A DNA stretch of 64,000 bases from an uncultured delta proteobacterium (GTDB taxonomy: Bacteria > Desulfobacterota > Binatia > UBA9968): the NCBI GenBank assembly GCA_963760795.1, contig CAVXEP010000034.1, positions 32,001 through 96,000 on the forward strand, given 5' to 3'. Within the stretch, counting starts at the first letter, position 1. Each line of letters begins with the position of its first letter. Positions 31,382-41,734 of this stretch are shown piece after piece. Under the pieces are notes generated by a model, which saw only the letters and a list, made by a program, of their open reading frames with translations, was not told the DNA's origin and did not search any database. The position numbers and the translations under genes are program-made.

Positions 31382-31769
31382 ATGTTGAAGCATAAATCTC
31401 CCGCCCCATCGGCCTCGTGCCGGCAACGCCGGTTTCACTCTATTGGAACTGCTGGTTGTCATCGCCGTGTTGGGAATTTTAGCGGCCATCGCGATCCAGA
31501 ATTTAGCCACTCATCGGGCGCGTGCCGTCGACGCTTCGATGCGCTCCGATCTGCGCAACGCGGCCTTGGCGATGGAGAGCTATTACGGTGAGTTTCTCGC
31601 CTATCCTACCACCAGTAATGCGCTTTTATTGATAGGTTATCGTAAGACCAATCTTGTCACGCTGACGATTGGTCTGACAACACCGTCGACTTACACATTG
31701 ACGGCCGAACGTCCTGCCGGCAGCAAGCCAAGCTTCACCTTCGACAGCAGCACGGGATTGATCAACTGA
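31382..31769 (+). CDS. Type IV pilin (extra base just after the start)
   Basis: G|FTLLELLVVIAVLGILAAIAI prepilin motif; removing one A after ATGTTG gives MLSINLPPHRPRAGNAG|F. Confidence 0.85.
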
Positions 31770-31994
31770 TCGGCCCGACCCCTCGACTTCGAGGACTTTC
31801 TTCTCAGACCTTCTCATGGGCCGGCAGCCGGCAAGCGATAGTTTGCCGGCTGCGGTTGAAATGAATTTTTGTGACCGCACAGTTGCGGCGGCGTCACTGC
31901 TCCGCTCTTATTGATTGGCTTGATGCTTTTCGATCGAGAAATTCGCCTTAAGCCGCACGGTCATCGCCGTGCTGTACGGTCGGTCTCGATGCCG

Positions 31995-32726
31995 TTACTT
32001 TGGCGTGCGCAGGAAATAGGTTTGTCCGGTAATATATTTTGCCGGGTCGGATAGCAGGTAGCGCACCAGACCGACAATCTCGAACTTATGCGTCAGGCCG
32101 TCTAGCAGCGGCGGAATCTCTTCGCGTTTCTTGAATTGATCGTCGGTGAAGCCGATGCGCGACATCGGTGTGTCCGTGGCGCCGGGGCAAACGCAGTTGA
32201 CCGTGATGTTGTTGGGCGCCAACTCGACGGCGAGGGATTTGGTGAAGGCAATTACACCGGCCTTGGATGCGGCGTAATGAGCCGAGCGCGGCTGGCCGGC
32301 GACGCCGCGGCCCGAGGCGATACTGAGTATGCGTCCTTGGTTGCGCGGAATCATGTGCCTGGCGGCCGCTTGGGCGCACAGAAACACGCCCTTCAAGTTA
32401 ATCCGCATCAGCCGGTCCCACATCTCTTCCGGCATGTCGACGATCGCCACCCGATCCATGACCCCGGCGCCGCAAAAGATATGATCGACCTGGCCGAATT
32501 TCGCGACCGCTTGTTCCATCATCGATGCAACGCTCTTGGGATCGCCGACATCGACCTGTACGGCGATGGCGCTGCCTTTGGCATCGCGAATCTCAGCGGC
32601 GACTTTCTCCGCCCCGTCTTTGGCGTAGTCCGCGACGACGACGTTTAGTCCATCGGCTGCCAGGCCGCGGGAAATTTCCGAACAGATTCCGCCGGCGCCG
32701 CCGGTGACCAGGATTGTTTTTGCCAT
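31995..32726 (-). CDS. Short-chain dehydrogenase/reductase
   Basis: TGGAGGI, YAASK, VNCVCPG. Confidence 0.92.
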   Translation of the reverse strand: MAKTILVTGGAGGICSEISRGLAADGLNVVVADYAKDGAEKVAAEIRDAKGSAIAVQVDVGDPKSVASMMEQAVAKFGQVDHIFCGAGVMDRVAIVDMPEEMWDRLMRINLKGVFLCAQAAARHMIPRNQGRILSIASGRGVAGQPRSAHYAASKAGVIAFTKSLAVELAPNNITVNCVCPGATDTPMSRIGFTDDQFKKREEIPPLLDGLTHKFEIVGLVRYLLSDPAKYITGQTYFLRTPK

Positions 32727-32798
32727 GACTCGTCTCCCTCTTGTCTTATGGATAAGTTTGGCGAAGCTATCACCGCGGTTTCCCGGCGTCAACTTTTC

Positions 32799-34142
32799 TC
32801 AGTGGCTGCGCTGCCAGGCGGTACTGATGAAGCGGCCGATATTGGTCGCGGCGCGCCAGATCATGAGTGTGACGATGGCGAGCAAGATTCCCAGTAAGCC
32901 CCAGCCAAATTGCCGCGCCGACCAGGTGAGCGGAATCATGATCGCGGCACCGGCGACCATGGCCCACATGAGATAGCGGGTGTCGCGGGCGCCAATCAGT
33001 AGCCCGTCGAGGACAAAGACGATGCCGTTGAGCGGTTGGATCAGACAAACCAAGATCGTCGCGCCAGGTGTCAGCAGCGCCAGGACTTCGACGCTGGTGG
33101 TAAAAAACTTGACGATAGTCGCCCACGCGAGGGCGAAGCTCACTGCGAACAGCAGACCGGCGGTCACGCCGCAAAGCGTCAGGCTCACGCCCATGCGGTA
33201 GGCGCGCGCCCTTTCTCCCGAGCCCAAGTATTTGGCGACTAGGGCTTGGCCAGCGATGGCCAGGCCGTCGACGACATCGGAACAAAGCATAAAGAGCTGA
33301 AAGACAATTTCATAGGCCGAAAGAGTCGCCGCGCCCATGCGTGCGGCAGTGCTGGTGGCGAAGATTAGCGAGAGTCGCAATGCGCCGGTGCGGATGGCGA
33401 GCTCTTGACCGATGCGGAACAGCGGGCGCAGGCCAGCGATGGTGATGCGCCACGGTATCGCGCGGTAGGCGGCGGTCTGGGGTGAGTATAAGAATAGTCC
33501 GAAGTAAGCCATCGCGCCGATGAGTTGCGCACACCAGGCGGCCACCGCGGCTCCGGTCAGGCCCAGGGCCGGCAGGCCCAATCGTCCGTAGATCAGCCCG
33601 TAGTCGAGTATGAGTTGCATGGTGGCGATAGCCAACGCCATCACCATTGGCACTCGGGTGTTCTGAGTGCCGCGAAAGAAACCAACCGCGCAATATATGC
33701 TTAAGGTGAACGGTGCACTTGAGATGTAAATGCGAAAATAACTTGCGCCATGCGCGGCCACGCCAGCCTCCGCGCCCATAATCTGATAGAGCGGCTCGGC
33801 AAACATGGCCCCGCCGCATGCTATCAATAGGCCGCCGGCGAGCGCGAGAAACAGCGAGTGAATATAAGTATCGCCGCAGGCCCTGCAATTCCTGGCGCCG
33901 TAATGATGGCCGATGAGACTGGTGGTGCCGAAGGTGAGGAAAGCGAAGATCCAATACACCGTCCCTACAATCGCTGCGCCTACCGCACGGGCGGCCAACG
34001 CCTCGGCACTCAATCTGCCGATCATGGCGGTCTCGCCAATATTCAACAGTGGCTGGCCTGCTTGAGCAAGCATCGCCGGAATGCCGAGGGCGAGGATATC
34101 GCGCAGGTCGGAGCGGTATGATGTTTGTGACGAATCAGTCAA
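32799..34142 (-). CDS. MATE family efflux transporter (DinF-like)
   Basis: About 12 TM segments; ETAMIGRL, FLTFGTT, VFVLDG. Confidence 0.9.
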   Translation of the reverse strand: MTDSSQTSYRSDLRDILALGIPAMLAQAGQPLLNIGETAMIGRLSAEALAARAVGAAIVGTVYWIFAFLTFGTTSLIGHHYGARNCRACGDTYIHSLFLALAGGLLIACGGAMFAEPLYQIMGAEAGVAAHGASYFRIYISSAPFTLSIYCAVGFFRGTQNTRVPMVMALAIATMQLILDYGLIYGRLGLPALGLTGAAVAAWCAQLIGAMAYFGLFLYSPQTAAYRAIPWRITIAGLRPLFRIGQELAIRTGALRLSLIFATSTAARMGAATLSAYEIVFQLFMLCSDVVDGLAIAGQALVAKYLGSGERARAYRMGVSLTLCGVTAGLLFAVSFALAWATIVKFFTTSVEVLALLTPGATILVCLIQPLNGIVFVLDGLLIGARDTRYLMWAMVAGAAIMIPLTWSARQFGWGLLGILLAIVTLMIWRAATNIGRFISTAWQRSH

Positions 34143-34197
34143 GGTCGTTTCGGTACGTCAGGGCAGGTCGCGTCGTTGACTCAGTGGCAAATTCAAT

Positions 34198-34272
34198 CTC
34201 ACCACGAAGTGGACGAAGGACACGAAGGGTTCGAAAAACTTGATCTTCGAAGTTGGTGTGCTTCGTGGTCAA
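34198..34272. repeat. CACGAAG-periodic inverted-repeat element, copy 1
   Basis: tcaccacgaagtggacgaaggacacgaag ... cttcgtggtca. Confidence 0.65.
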
Positions 34273-34326
34273 GTCCCTTCCTTCTTTAGTGGCGGCGCTG
34301 CTGCTCGAATTTCGCAGTGCGCCACA

Positions 34327-35235
34327 TCAGTTGAATCGCGTTGCGTCGGTCGGCCCGAGGGACCATTCGACGGTATCGGGATGAATGATGCGCGCCAGAA
34401 TTTCGAGACCGTTGACTAGCCTCGGGCCGGGGCGGCTGAAGTAGGCGTTGCCGTTGAGGGCGAAGACGTTTTGGTTGCGCACGGCGGGCAGCTCGTTCCA
34501 GCCCGGCAGGGCGCGTAGCGGTGTCGACTCTTTCACTGTGCGCCTCACGTCGAAACCGCAGGGCATGAGCAACATCACATCCGGCTGTGCATCGACAACC
34601 TGGCGCCAGTCGATTTTTGCCGAAGGCTCACCGGCACGGCCGATGACATCGTGACCGCCGGCGAGGGCGACCATCTCGGGCACCCAGTGACCGGCGCTGT
34701 AGAGCGGCTCGAACCACTCCAAACAAACCACCCGCGGGCGGCGGCCCGGTTCGCGGCGACCGACCAGCTCGATGCGTTGGCGCAGATCGTCGACCAGGGC
34801 CATGGCGGCGCTGTTCCGTCCGGTGGCCGCGCCGACGCGGCGAATATCGTCGAGGATTTCCTGCATGCTATGGGGGTTCAAAGAAACGATCGCAGGCGGG
34901 CGTGACAATTTGCCGGCGGCTTTGACGACTTCGTCGTAGTCCAAGGCGCAGACCTCGCACAGACCTTGGGTGAGGATGACATCCGGCGCAGCATCGGCGA
35001 ACGCCGCATCATCGATGAAGTACAGCCCTTTGCCAGTTTGTAACAACTCGGCGACTTTGCGGTCGATCTCAGCACCGCTCATGCGTTTGTGGTCGAACAG
35101 GCTTTTGACCACGATGGGTTTGTCCTGCGCCTCTGCGGGGTGATCGCACTCATGGGTGACGCCGACAATTTGATCGCCAAGACCTAGAGCAAAAGCAATT
35201 TCAGTCGCGCCCGGCAGCAGGGAGCAGATACGCAT
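34327..35235 (-). CDS. Cobalamin/Fe-siderophore-type binding protein (BtuF-like, no signal peptide)
   Basis: MRICSLLPGATE, VTHECD, GHWVPEM, FSRPGPRL. Confidence 0.85.
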   Translation of the reverse strand: MRICSLLPGATEIAFALGLGDQIVGVTHECDHPAEAQDKPIVVKSLFDHKRMSGAEIDRKVAELLQTGKGLYFIDDAAFADAAPDVILTQGLCEVCALDYDEVVKAAGKLSRPPAIVSLNPHSMQEILDDIRRVGAATGRNSAAMALVDDLRQRIELVGRREPGRRPRVVCLEWFEPLYSAGHWVPEMVALAGGHDVIGRAGEPSAKIDWRQVVDAQPDVMLLMPCGFDVRRTVKESTPLRALPGWNELPAVRNQNVFALNGNAYFSRPGPRLVNGLEILARIIHPDTVEWSLGPTDATRFN

Positions 35236-35285
35236 GGTCGATGCATAGCGTATGCGCGGCGGTGCCGCAACCAAGTGGCAAAGAG

Positions 35286-35362
35286 TTTTCACTACGAAGG
35301 ACACGAAGAGCACGAAGTTCAAAACCTAAATTATCCGTACCTTCGTGTCGTCCGTGGTGAAA
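35286..35362. repeat. CACGAAG-periodic inverted-repeat element, copy 2
   Basis: ttttcactacgaaggacacgaagagcacgaag ... cttcgtgtcgtccgtggtgaaa. Confidence 0.7.
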
Positions 35363-35511
35363 TGGATTTTTCTCGTTGAGGCGACTACTTAGGACAACGG
35401 GTCAAGTGAATTTGCGCAAGCTACGCAAGCGTTGAACTTTAGCAATACAAAGGTCGCAAAAAGGTATCGGAACTGTGGGGAAGATCAACCCGAAACTCGA
35501 AACGAAACCAA

Positions 35512-38152
35512 TCACTCACCGTACTGCTGAATCAGTTTTGCCACCAGCGCGGTCCAGCCGGTTTGGTGGCTGGCGCCGATGCCGGCGCCGTTGTCGCCGT
35601 GGAAATATTCGTGGAACGGGATCAAGTCGCGCCAGTGCGGGTCGTTTTGGAATTTTTCCGTGCCGCCGAACACCGGGCGGTGGCCGTTTTGATCTTCAGT
35701 GAAGATACGCGTCAAGCGTTGCGATAGCTCCCCGGCGATCTCCCAGAGATTCATCTTGTTGCCGGAGCCGGTCGGACACTCGACTTTGAAGTTGTCGCCG
35801 AGAAAAAAATGGAATTTCTGCAGCGACTCGATGAGTAAATAATTGACCGGGAACCAGATCGGGCCGCGCCAGTTGGAGTTGCCGCCGAACATGCCGGTGG
35901 TCGATTCCGCTGGCTCGTAGTCGACGCGGTAGTCCATGCCGTTGGCTTTGAGCGTGTATGGGTGGTCGCGATGGTAGCGCGAGACGGCGCGGATGCCGTA
36001 GAGCGACAGGAATTCATTCTCATCCAACATGTAATGAAGCACGCGTTTCAGTCGATGCCGATTGACCAGGGAGAGAAAGCGGCGCGGACCGTCGTCGGTG
36101 GACTCGGTTTCGATGTTCTCGCTGAGCTCCGGGCGGTTCTCGATAAACCATTGCATGCGCCGTTTGAAGCCCGGCAATTTGTCGACCACCGTTGGGTCTA
36201 AAGTTTCCACGGCGAAGAGCGGGATCAAGCCGACGAGGGAGCGGACTTTCAGGTGCGAACGTTGTCCGTTCGGCAGCGACAAGACATCGTAGAAAAATCC
36301 GTCTTTGGCGTCCCACAATTCGATATTCTCGCCGCCGAGATTGTTCATGGCACTGCAGATGTAGACGAAATGCTCGAAGAACTTGCTGGCGACATCTTCG
36401 TAGGTGGGGTTGTCCTTGGCGAGTTCCAAGGCGATCGCCAACATGTTGAGACAATACATGCCCATCCAGCTGGTGCCGTCGGACTGCTCGATAAATCCGC
36501 CGGTGGGCAACGGCTTGCTGCGATCGAAGACACCGATGTTGTCGAGGCCGAGAAAGCCGCCCTGGAAAACGTTGCGCCCAGTGGCGTCTTTGCGGTTGAC
36601 CCACCAGGTGAAGTTCAAGAGTAATTTTTGGAAAATCCGTTCGAGGAATTTGCGGTCGCCTTCGCCGCGCCGTTTCATCTCGACTTTGTAGACACGCCAG
36701 GCCGCCCAGGCATGGACCGGCGGATTGACATCGCCGAAGGCCCACTCGTAGGCAGGAAGCTGGCCGTTGGGATGCATGTACCACTCGCGGGTCATTAACA
36801 ATAATTGTTCTTTGGCAAACGTCGAGTCGACGATTGCCAAAGCGACGCAGTGAAAGGCCAGATCCCAAGCGGCGTACCAGGGATATTCCCACTTGTCCGG
36901 CATCGAGATGACATCCGCGTTATAGAGGTGGCGCCATTCGTGATTGCGGCCGGCGGCGCGCTCCTTGGGCGGATCGGCGCTGCCTGGATCGCCTTTGATC
37001 CAACGATTGACGTCGTAGTAGTAAAACTGTTTGCTCCACAACAGTCCGCCCAAGGCTTGGCGCATGACGTTCTTCCGGTCCGCGGGCACGCCATCGGGAC
37101 TCACCATGGCGTAAAACTCATCCGCTTCATTGCGCCGTTGCGTGAATAACTCTTCGAATTTGCCGTCGAGGGCGTTCAGTTTGCCGGGCGCGCCGTCGCT
37201 AAGGCGCAATCGCACCGCGATCGTCTGGCCAGGCGCGACGGTCATCTGATAATGCGCCGCACCCTTGGTGCCGGTCGCCGCCGGATTGACCGCCTGCTTG
37301 GCGCCGTGAACGATGTATTCATTGATACCGTCTTTGACGTAGGCCGATTCGTTTGCCAAGCCAAAGAGGCGCTGCGCGTTGGTTTCGTTGTCGGTGAACA
37401 GCAACTCGGGTCTGCCTTCGCAGTAGAGCCAGCGGCTGCCGTAGTAGTTTTGATTGAGCTTGATCGCCGTCACTTGGCCGGCTTCCTCGCGGTTGAGTCT
37501 GGGCTTGCGCGCATCCAAGCCCCAGGACCAGGTGTTGCGGAACCAGACCGTTGGCAAGAGGTGCAAGGGCGCGGCCTCGGTGCCGCGATTGGTGGCCTCG
37601 ATACGGATCAAAATATCGTCAGTGCCGCCCTTGGCGTATTCGATCACAACGTCGAAATAACGATTGTCGTCGAAAACGCCAGTGTCGATGAGTTCGAACT
37701 CCTTATCGCCTTTGCCGCGCCGGCGGTTTTCTTCAACCAGCCGCCCGTAGGGAAATTCCGCTTGCGGGTACTTGTAGAGGAATTTCATGTAGGAGTGGGT
37801 CGGCGTCGAGTCGAGATAAAAATAATACTCTTTAACGTCTTCGCCGTGGTTTCCTTCGTTGCCGGTGAGGCCGAAGAGGCGTTCTTTCAAGATCGGATCT
37901 TTGCCGTTCCACAGGGCCAGGGCGAAGCAAATATACTGATGGCGGTCGGAGATGCCGCCGAGCCCGTCTTCGCCCCAGCGGTAGGCTCGGCTGCGCGCGT
38001 GATCGTGCGGGAACGAATCCCACGCGGTGCCGTAGGCGACTGTAGTCTTCGCGCACCGTGCTCCACTGGCGCTCGGACAAGTAAGGTCCCCAGCGTTTCC
38101 AGTTGGCTTTGCGGGCGCGGTCCTGTTGCAGGCGGAGTTCTTCCTGGGTCAC
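35512..38152 (-). CDS. MGH1-like / GH63 glucosidase (frameshift near 38040)
   Basis: [46 protein letters not shown]. Confidence 0.92.
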
Positions 38153-38231
38153 CGGTTTTTTATCCTAGATCGAGTGGCATACTTTTCAGCCATTTTAGCA
38201 CATCCTGTGTGAATCGGAGTTGCGGATTAAG

Positions 38232-38273
38232 AGTTCAAGCCGTTCAAAATGTTCAAATCGTTCAAACCGTTCG
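38232..38273. repeat. GTTCAA 9-nt tandem array
   Basis: agttcaagccgttcaaaatgttcaaatcgttcaaaccgttcg; related arrays at 18866-18893 and 40852-40887. Confidence 0.65.
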
Positions 38274-38297
38274 ATTTGGGCATGACCCGGAGCACCG

Positions 38298-38441
38298 TTA
38301 AGTGCGAAGTGCTGCTGTCAATTTTTCGACAGGAACGCGGAAATTGCTGCGCCAGCTCTCTGTGAGCACGACAAGATCGAGGCGTAACAAATCGGCCAGC
38401 GACCAGGCCTGGAAAGGACAGCCGCGCGGCCTATGCGGCAC
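38298..38441 (-). pseudogene. 3' relic of amylo-alpha-1,6-glucosidase (glycogen debranching enzyme)
   Basis: Translates VPHRPRGCPFQAWSLADLLRL...*, the family's C-terminal signature; no upstream gene body. Confidence 0.7.
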
Positions 38442-38606
38442 GCTAACGGTTCGGCACGGGCACTGTGTAACAAAATCGCCTCAGCAGGCTAACTAGCCTG
38501 GTGCTGTGCGGTCAAAGTCTCAGATGTTCTTGTGTGGGAGGAGCGCTCGCCGTAGAATTTAGCAATTCGGCTCATTTTGGTGGAGTACGAGGTTAGAGCG
38601 AGCATC

Positions 38607-39203
38607 ATGAACATAATTTTCGATCTTGGCGGAGTCGTCGTGCGCTGGGAGCCGGCGGCACTGCTGGCGCAGATCTTTGACGACCCTGCTAAATGTAAAG
38701 TTCTACACTCCGAGTTTGTCGGCCATGCCGATTGGCTTGAGCTCGACCGCGGCGCGATGGCGCCGGAAGATGCGGTGGCGCGGGCTGCGCGGCGCACCGG
38801 ACTCTCCGAGGCAGATGTGGGTCGCTTTCTAAACAACGTGCCCCCGGCATTGGTTCCCATTGACGACACAGTGGAACTGCTTTACCGGTTAAAATCCCAG
38901 AGCCATTCTCTCTACTGCCTGTCGAATATGCATTTCGCGTCCATCGAATATCTCGAACGCACCCATGGCTTCTGGGATATCTTCAGCGGCAAGGTAATTT
39001 CCTGCCGGGTGCACCTGTGCAAGCCTGAAGCAAGGATCTATGCTCACTTGCTGGAATCCTACAAACTCGACGCCGCGGAAACTGTTTTTGTCGATGATGT
39101 CGAAGTCAATTTAGCCGCCGCACGGCAATTCGGCATTCGGACGATCCGGTTCGAGAGTTCAGCGCAATGTGCTGGCGAACTCAGGGCCTTAGGTTGTATT
39201 TAA
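38607..39203 (+). CDS. HAD family phosphatase
   Basis: IFDLGGV, LSN, KP...IY, FVDD. Confidence 0.92.
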   Translation: MNIIFDLGGVVVRWEPAALLAQIFDDPAKCKVLHSEFVGHADWLELDRGAMAPEDAVARAARRTGLSEADVGRFLNNVPPALVPIDDTVELLYRLKSQSHSLYCLSNMHFASIEYLERTHGFWDIFSGKVISCRVHLCKPEARIYAHLLESYKLDAAETVFVDDVEVNLAAARQFGIRTIRFESSAQCAGELRALGCI

Positions 39204-39241
39204 GGATTCTGCCATCAACGTAGGGAAAGGAGCCTTTAGCT

Positions 39242-39634
39242 ATGCCTCGAAACATCATCATGGCCGCCGCGCTGCCGGCGCCTCCAGATAAACTTTTCGA
39301 CATGTATCTCGATGCCGAGGCGCACGCGGCATTTACTGGGTTGCCAGTGACTTTGGAGCCACGCCCGGGCGGCGTGTTTCGTGCCTTCGACGGCATGATT
39401 TCAGGCACTATCCTGCACGTTCTGCCGAAGTCGTTAATCGTGCAAACCTGGCGCTCGGCGAGTTGGCCGCTGACGGCGATGGACTCGGTGCTGACGTTGT
39501 CATTCTGGCCGGCGGACGACGGTGCGCGGATTGACCTGGTCCACATCAATGTTGAGGATGAAGATTTCGCCGGCGTCAGCCAGGGTTGGGAGAAGTATTA
39601 CTGGACGCCTTGGCGGGCTTATTTGACCAAGTAG
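39242..39634 (+). CDS. SRPBCC/AHSA1 domain protein
   Basis: HAAFTG, IVQTWR, GWEKYYW. Confidence 0.88.
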   Translation: MPRNIIMAAALPAPPDKLFDMYLDAEAHAAFTGLPVTLEPRPGGVFRAFDGMISGTILHVLPKSLIVQTWRSASWPLTAMDSVLTLSFWPADDGARIDLVHINVEDEDFAGVSQGWEKYYWTPWRAYLTK

Positions 39635-39662
39635 ATTTAGCGCTAAGTTCTCACCGCGTTGA

Positions 39663-39997
39663 TTGTTAACTTCTTCAAAAGCGGCTACCGGCGTGTTGGT
39701 GGCCTCCTTCGTCGCGCCGGCTTGTCCGGAACGCCATCAGTTCGTCAGCACTCATTCTGTCGTGATGACGATCCAGCGTAGCCTCAAGATCGTCACCTTC
39801 GTGCCTTTGGGCTTCGCCGTCGGTCGTTACCTTTCGCCTTTGATCGGGCTGGTCACTTTTAGCTTCATCGGCAGTTATGTCGGCAAGCTTTTGCTCAATC
39901 GCTTACCGGAGCGGAAATTGCGCGTGGCACTAAAGCGTCGCTAACCGTGCTGGCGTTGCAGCTGCATGATTCTGCCTTGCGCGAAACTCTCAGATAA
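39663..39997 (+). pseudogene. 5'-truncated TauE/SafE-family membrane protein
   Basis: ATG..VASFVAP..ERHQFVSTH..MTIQ.SLKI..GF...LLNRLPER resembles the C-terminal half only; frameshifted near the end. Confidence 0.55.
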
Positions 39998-40045
39998 TCG
40001 CCCGGTAGTTTGAAATCGCGAGATCCCAATTGTTTGCAATTCTAG

Positions 40046-40774
40046 CTAGCGCATTCCCGAGTAGCTGTTCACCGTGGCGTGCAGGTTGCGGGCGAAGTCG
40101 GTGGCGGCTTGGGTGCTGAGGCTGAACGCTGTGCGGGCATACTCTTTGACCGCGAGGACGGCGGCGAGCGGCATGGATTTGAAATGCTCGACTAGACGAT
40201 TGACGCTGGCGCTCAATTCGCCATGCGCTACCACGTCACTCACCAGCGCGTAGGTAAGCGCTTTGTCGGCGTCGATTTCTTGCGCCGAGTAGATCATGAA
40301 CGTGGCCGCCTTGCGTGGCATGCGGTCAACTAGAGCGGAGAAGGCGATGGTCGGCATGATCTTATGCGCGGTTTCCGGAAACGAGAACCGCGCCTTATCG
40401 CTGGCGATGGTAATGTCGCACAGCGCGGCGAGGGCGCAGCCCAAGCCGACAGCGCGACCCTGGACGACGCCGATGATCGGCACTTTGGCGTTGCGAAAGG
40501 CGCCGTAGAGGTTGAAGATCGTCTCGCTGCGCTCGCGCACGGCGTAGGCTTCCGGACCGGGAGTCGGTGGCGCCACACCCATGGAGTCGCGGCCCAAGCA
40601 GAAATCATCGCCGGCGCCTTTAAAAATGATTAGCCGCGACGACTTTGCCGCGTCGTCGAACATCTGCGTTACCTGTGCCCAGGTGGCGTCGCTCTGGCGG
40701 TTGCCGACCTCCGGGCGGTTCAACATGATGGTCGTGATGTCATTTTCTTTGGTTACGAGTACTGGATCAGCCAT
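40046..40774 (-). CDS. Enoyl-CoA hydratase/isomerase family protein
   Basis: LNRPEVGN, FCLGRD, GRAVGLG, FSFPE. Confidence 0.9.
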   Translation of the reverse strand: MADPVLVTKENDITTIMLNRPEVGNRQSDATWAQVTQMFDDAAKSSRLIIFKGAGDDFCLGRDSMGVAPPTPGPEAYAVRERSETIFNLYGAFRNAKVPIIGVVQGRAVGLGCALAALCDITIASDKARFSFPETAHKIMPTIAFSALVDRMPRKAATFMIYSAQEIDADKALTYALVSDVVAHGELSASVNRLVEHFKSMPLAAVLAVKEYARTAFSLSTQAATDFARNLHATVNSYSGMR

Positions 40775-40978
40775 GGTTCTTCCTCCAATGTTTAGTCGGG
40801 TCACTTTAGGAGAGGGGTGGCGCGACTGTCAACGGCTTCAGTTGCGCAGCGCGTTCCAGATGTTCCAAGGGTTCCAATCGTTTCAAGTGATTCTGCCGTT
40901 GGCAATTTGCCGTTGTTCTTGCGAAGCAGCGCATTTCAAAATAAACTTCCGGCCGATCGCCAACTTTAGGAGGATTTT

Positions 40979-41383
40979 ATGGCTGAGCAAACTTTAAAGG
41001 GAAGTTGTTTATGCAATTCGGTGCGCTACGAAGTGACCACGCCGTTCATGCGCTTCGGTCACTGCTATTGCTCGCGCTGCCGCAAGGCGACGGGCGGCGT
41101 GCGTTCGACCAATATCGCGGTGCCGATCGCGCAGTTTCGCTGGACTCAGGGCGAGAATCTGATTAAACGATTCGACCTGCCGGAAGCGAAAAGTTTTGCC
41201 CGGCAGATTTGCAGCAACTGCAACTGTCCAATCCCGCACGCTTCGCGTGACGGCACTCGCGCGCTGGTTCCTTCCGGTACCCTCGACGACGTCCCCCCGG
41301 GAAAACCTTCCGTGCACGGACATTGGAGCAGCCGGGTTAGTTTCGTCGAGAGCAACGAGTCGGAACTGCCGTGCGAAAATTAG
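40979..41383 (+). CDS. GFA (glutathione-dependent formaldehyde-activating) family protein
   Basis: GSCLC, CYCSRCRK, CSNC. Confidence 0.9.
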   Translation: MAEQTLKGSCLCNSVRYEVTTPFMRFGHCYCSRCRKATGGVRSTNIAVPIAQFRWTQGENLIKRFDLPEAKSFARQICSNCNCPIPHASRDGTRALVPSGTLDDVPPGKPSVHGHWSSRVSFVESNESELPCEN

Positions 41384-41384
41384 C

Positions 41385-41684
41385 ATGTTGACGACCGCGG
41401 TGGGGCGGCTGCGCGCGGTGGGAATGGTCGAAGCGGTTTCGTTTCTTCTGCTGCTGGGCGTGGCGATGCCGCTCAAATATTTCGCCGGCCTGCCGCAGGC
41501 GGTAAAGATCGCGGGTTGGATTCATGGTTTGCTTTTCATAGCTTTTGGCGTGTGTTTGCTGGTGGCACATGGCGAACGCCGATGGCCGTTGCGCTGGACC
41601 GCAACGGTATTCGTCGCGGCGCTGTTGCCGTTCGGACCGTTTGTCATCGACCGGCGGCTCAAGATTGAACAGTCGGAGCTTTGA
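41385..41684 (+). CDS. DUF3817 membrane protein
   Basis: EAVSFLLLLGVAMPLKY, HGLLF, LPFGPF. Confidence 0.88.
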   Translation: MLTTAVGRLRAVGMVEAVSFLLLLGVAMPLKYFAGLPQAVKIAGWIHGLLFIAFGVCLLVAHGERRWPLRWTATVFVAALLPFGPFVIDRRLKIEQSEL

Positions 41685-41734
41685 AATTAGCGGCTGTGGG
41701 CATTCGATTTTGCTGCGCTTCGCAGGATGAGATT

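Noticed and set aside
35236-35510. Cobalamin riboswitch upstream of the BtuF-like gene
   Set aside because: No B12-box or other conserved riboswitch elements were seen; the interval is occupied by a periodic repeat element.
38440-38500. A further attC site near the debranching-enzyme relic (two GCTAAC motifs)
   Set aside because: No paired L boxes and no closing GTT at a suitable distance on either strand.
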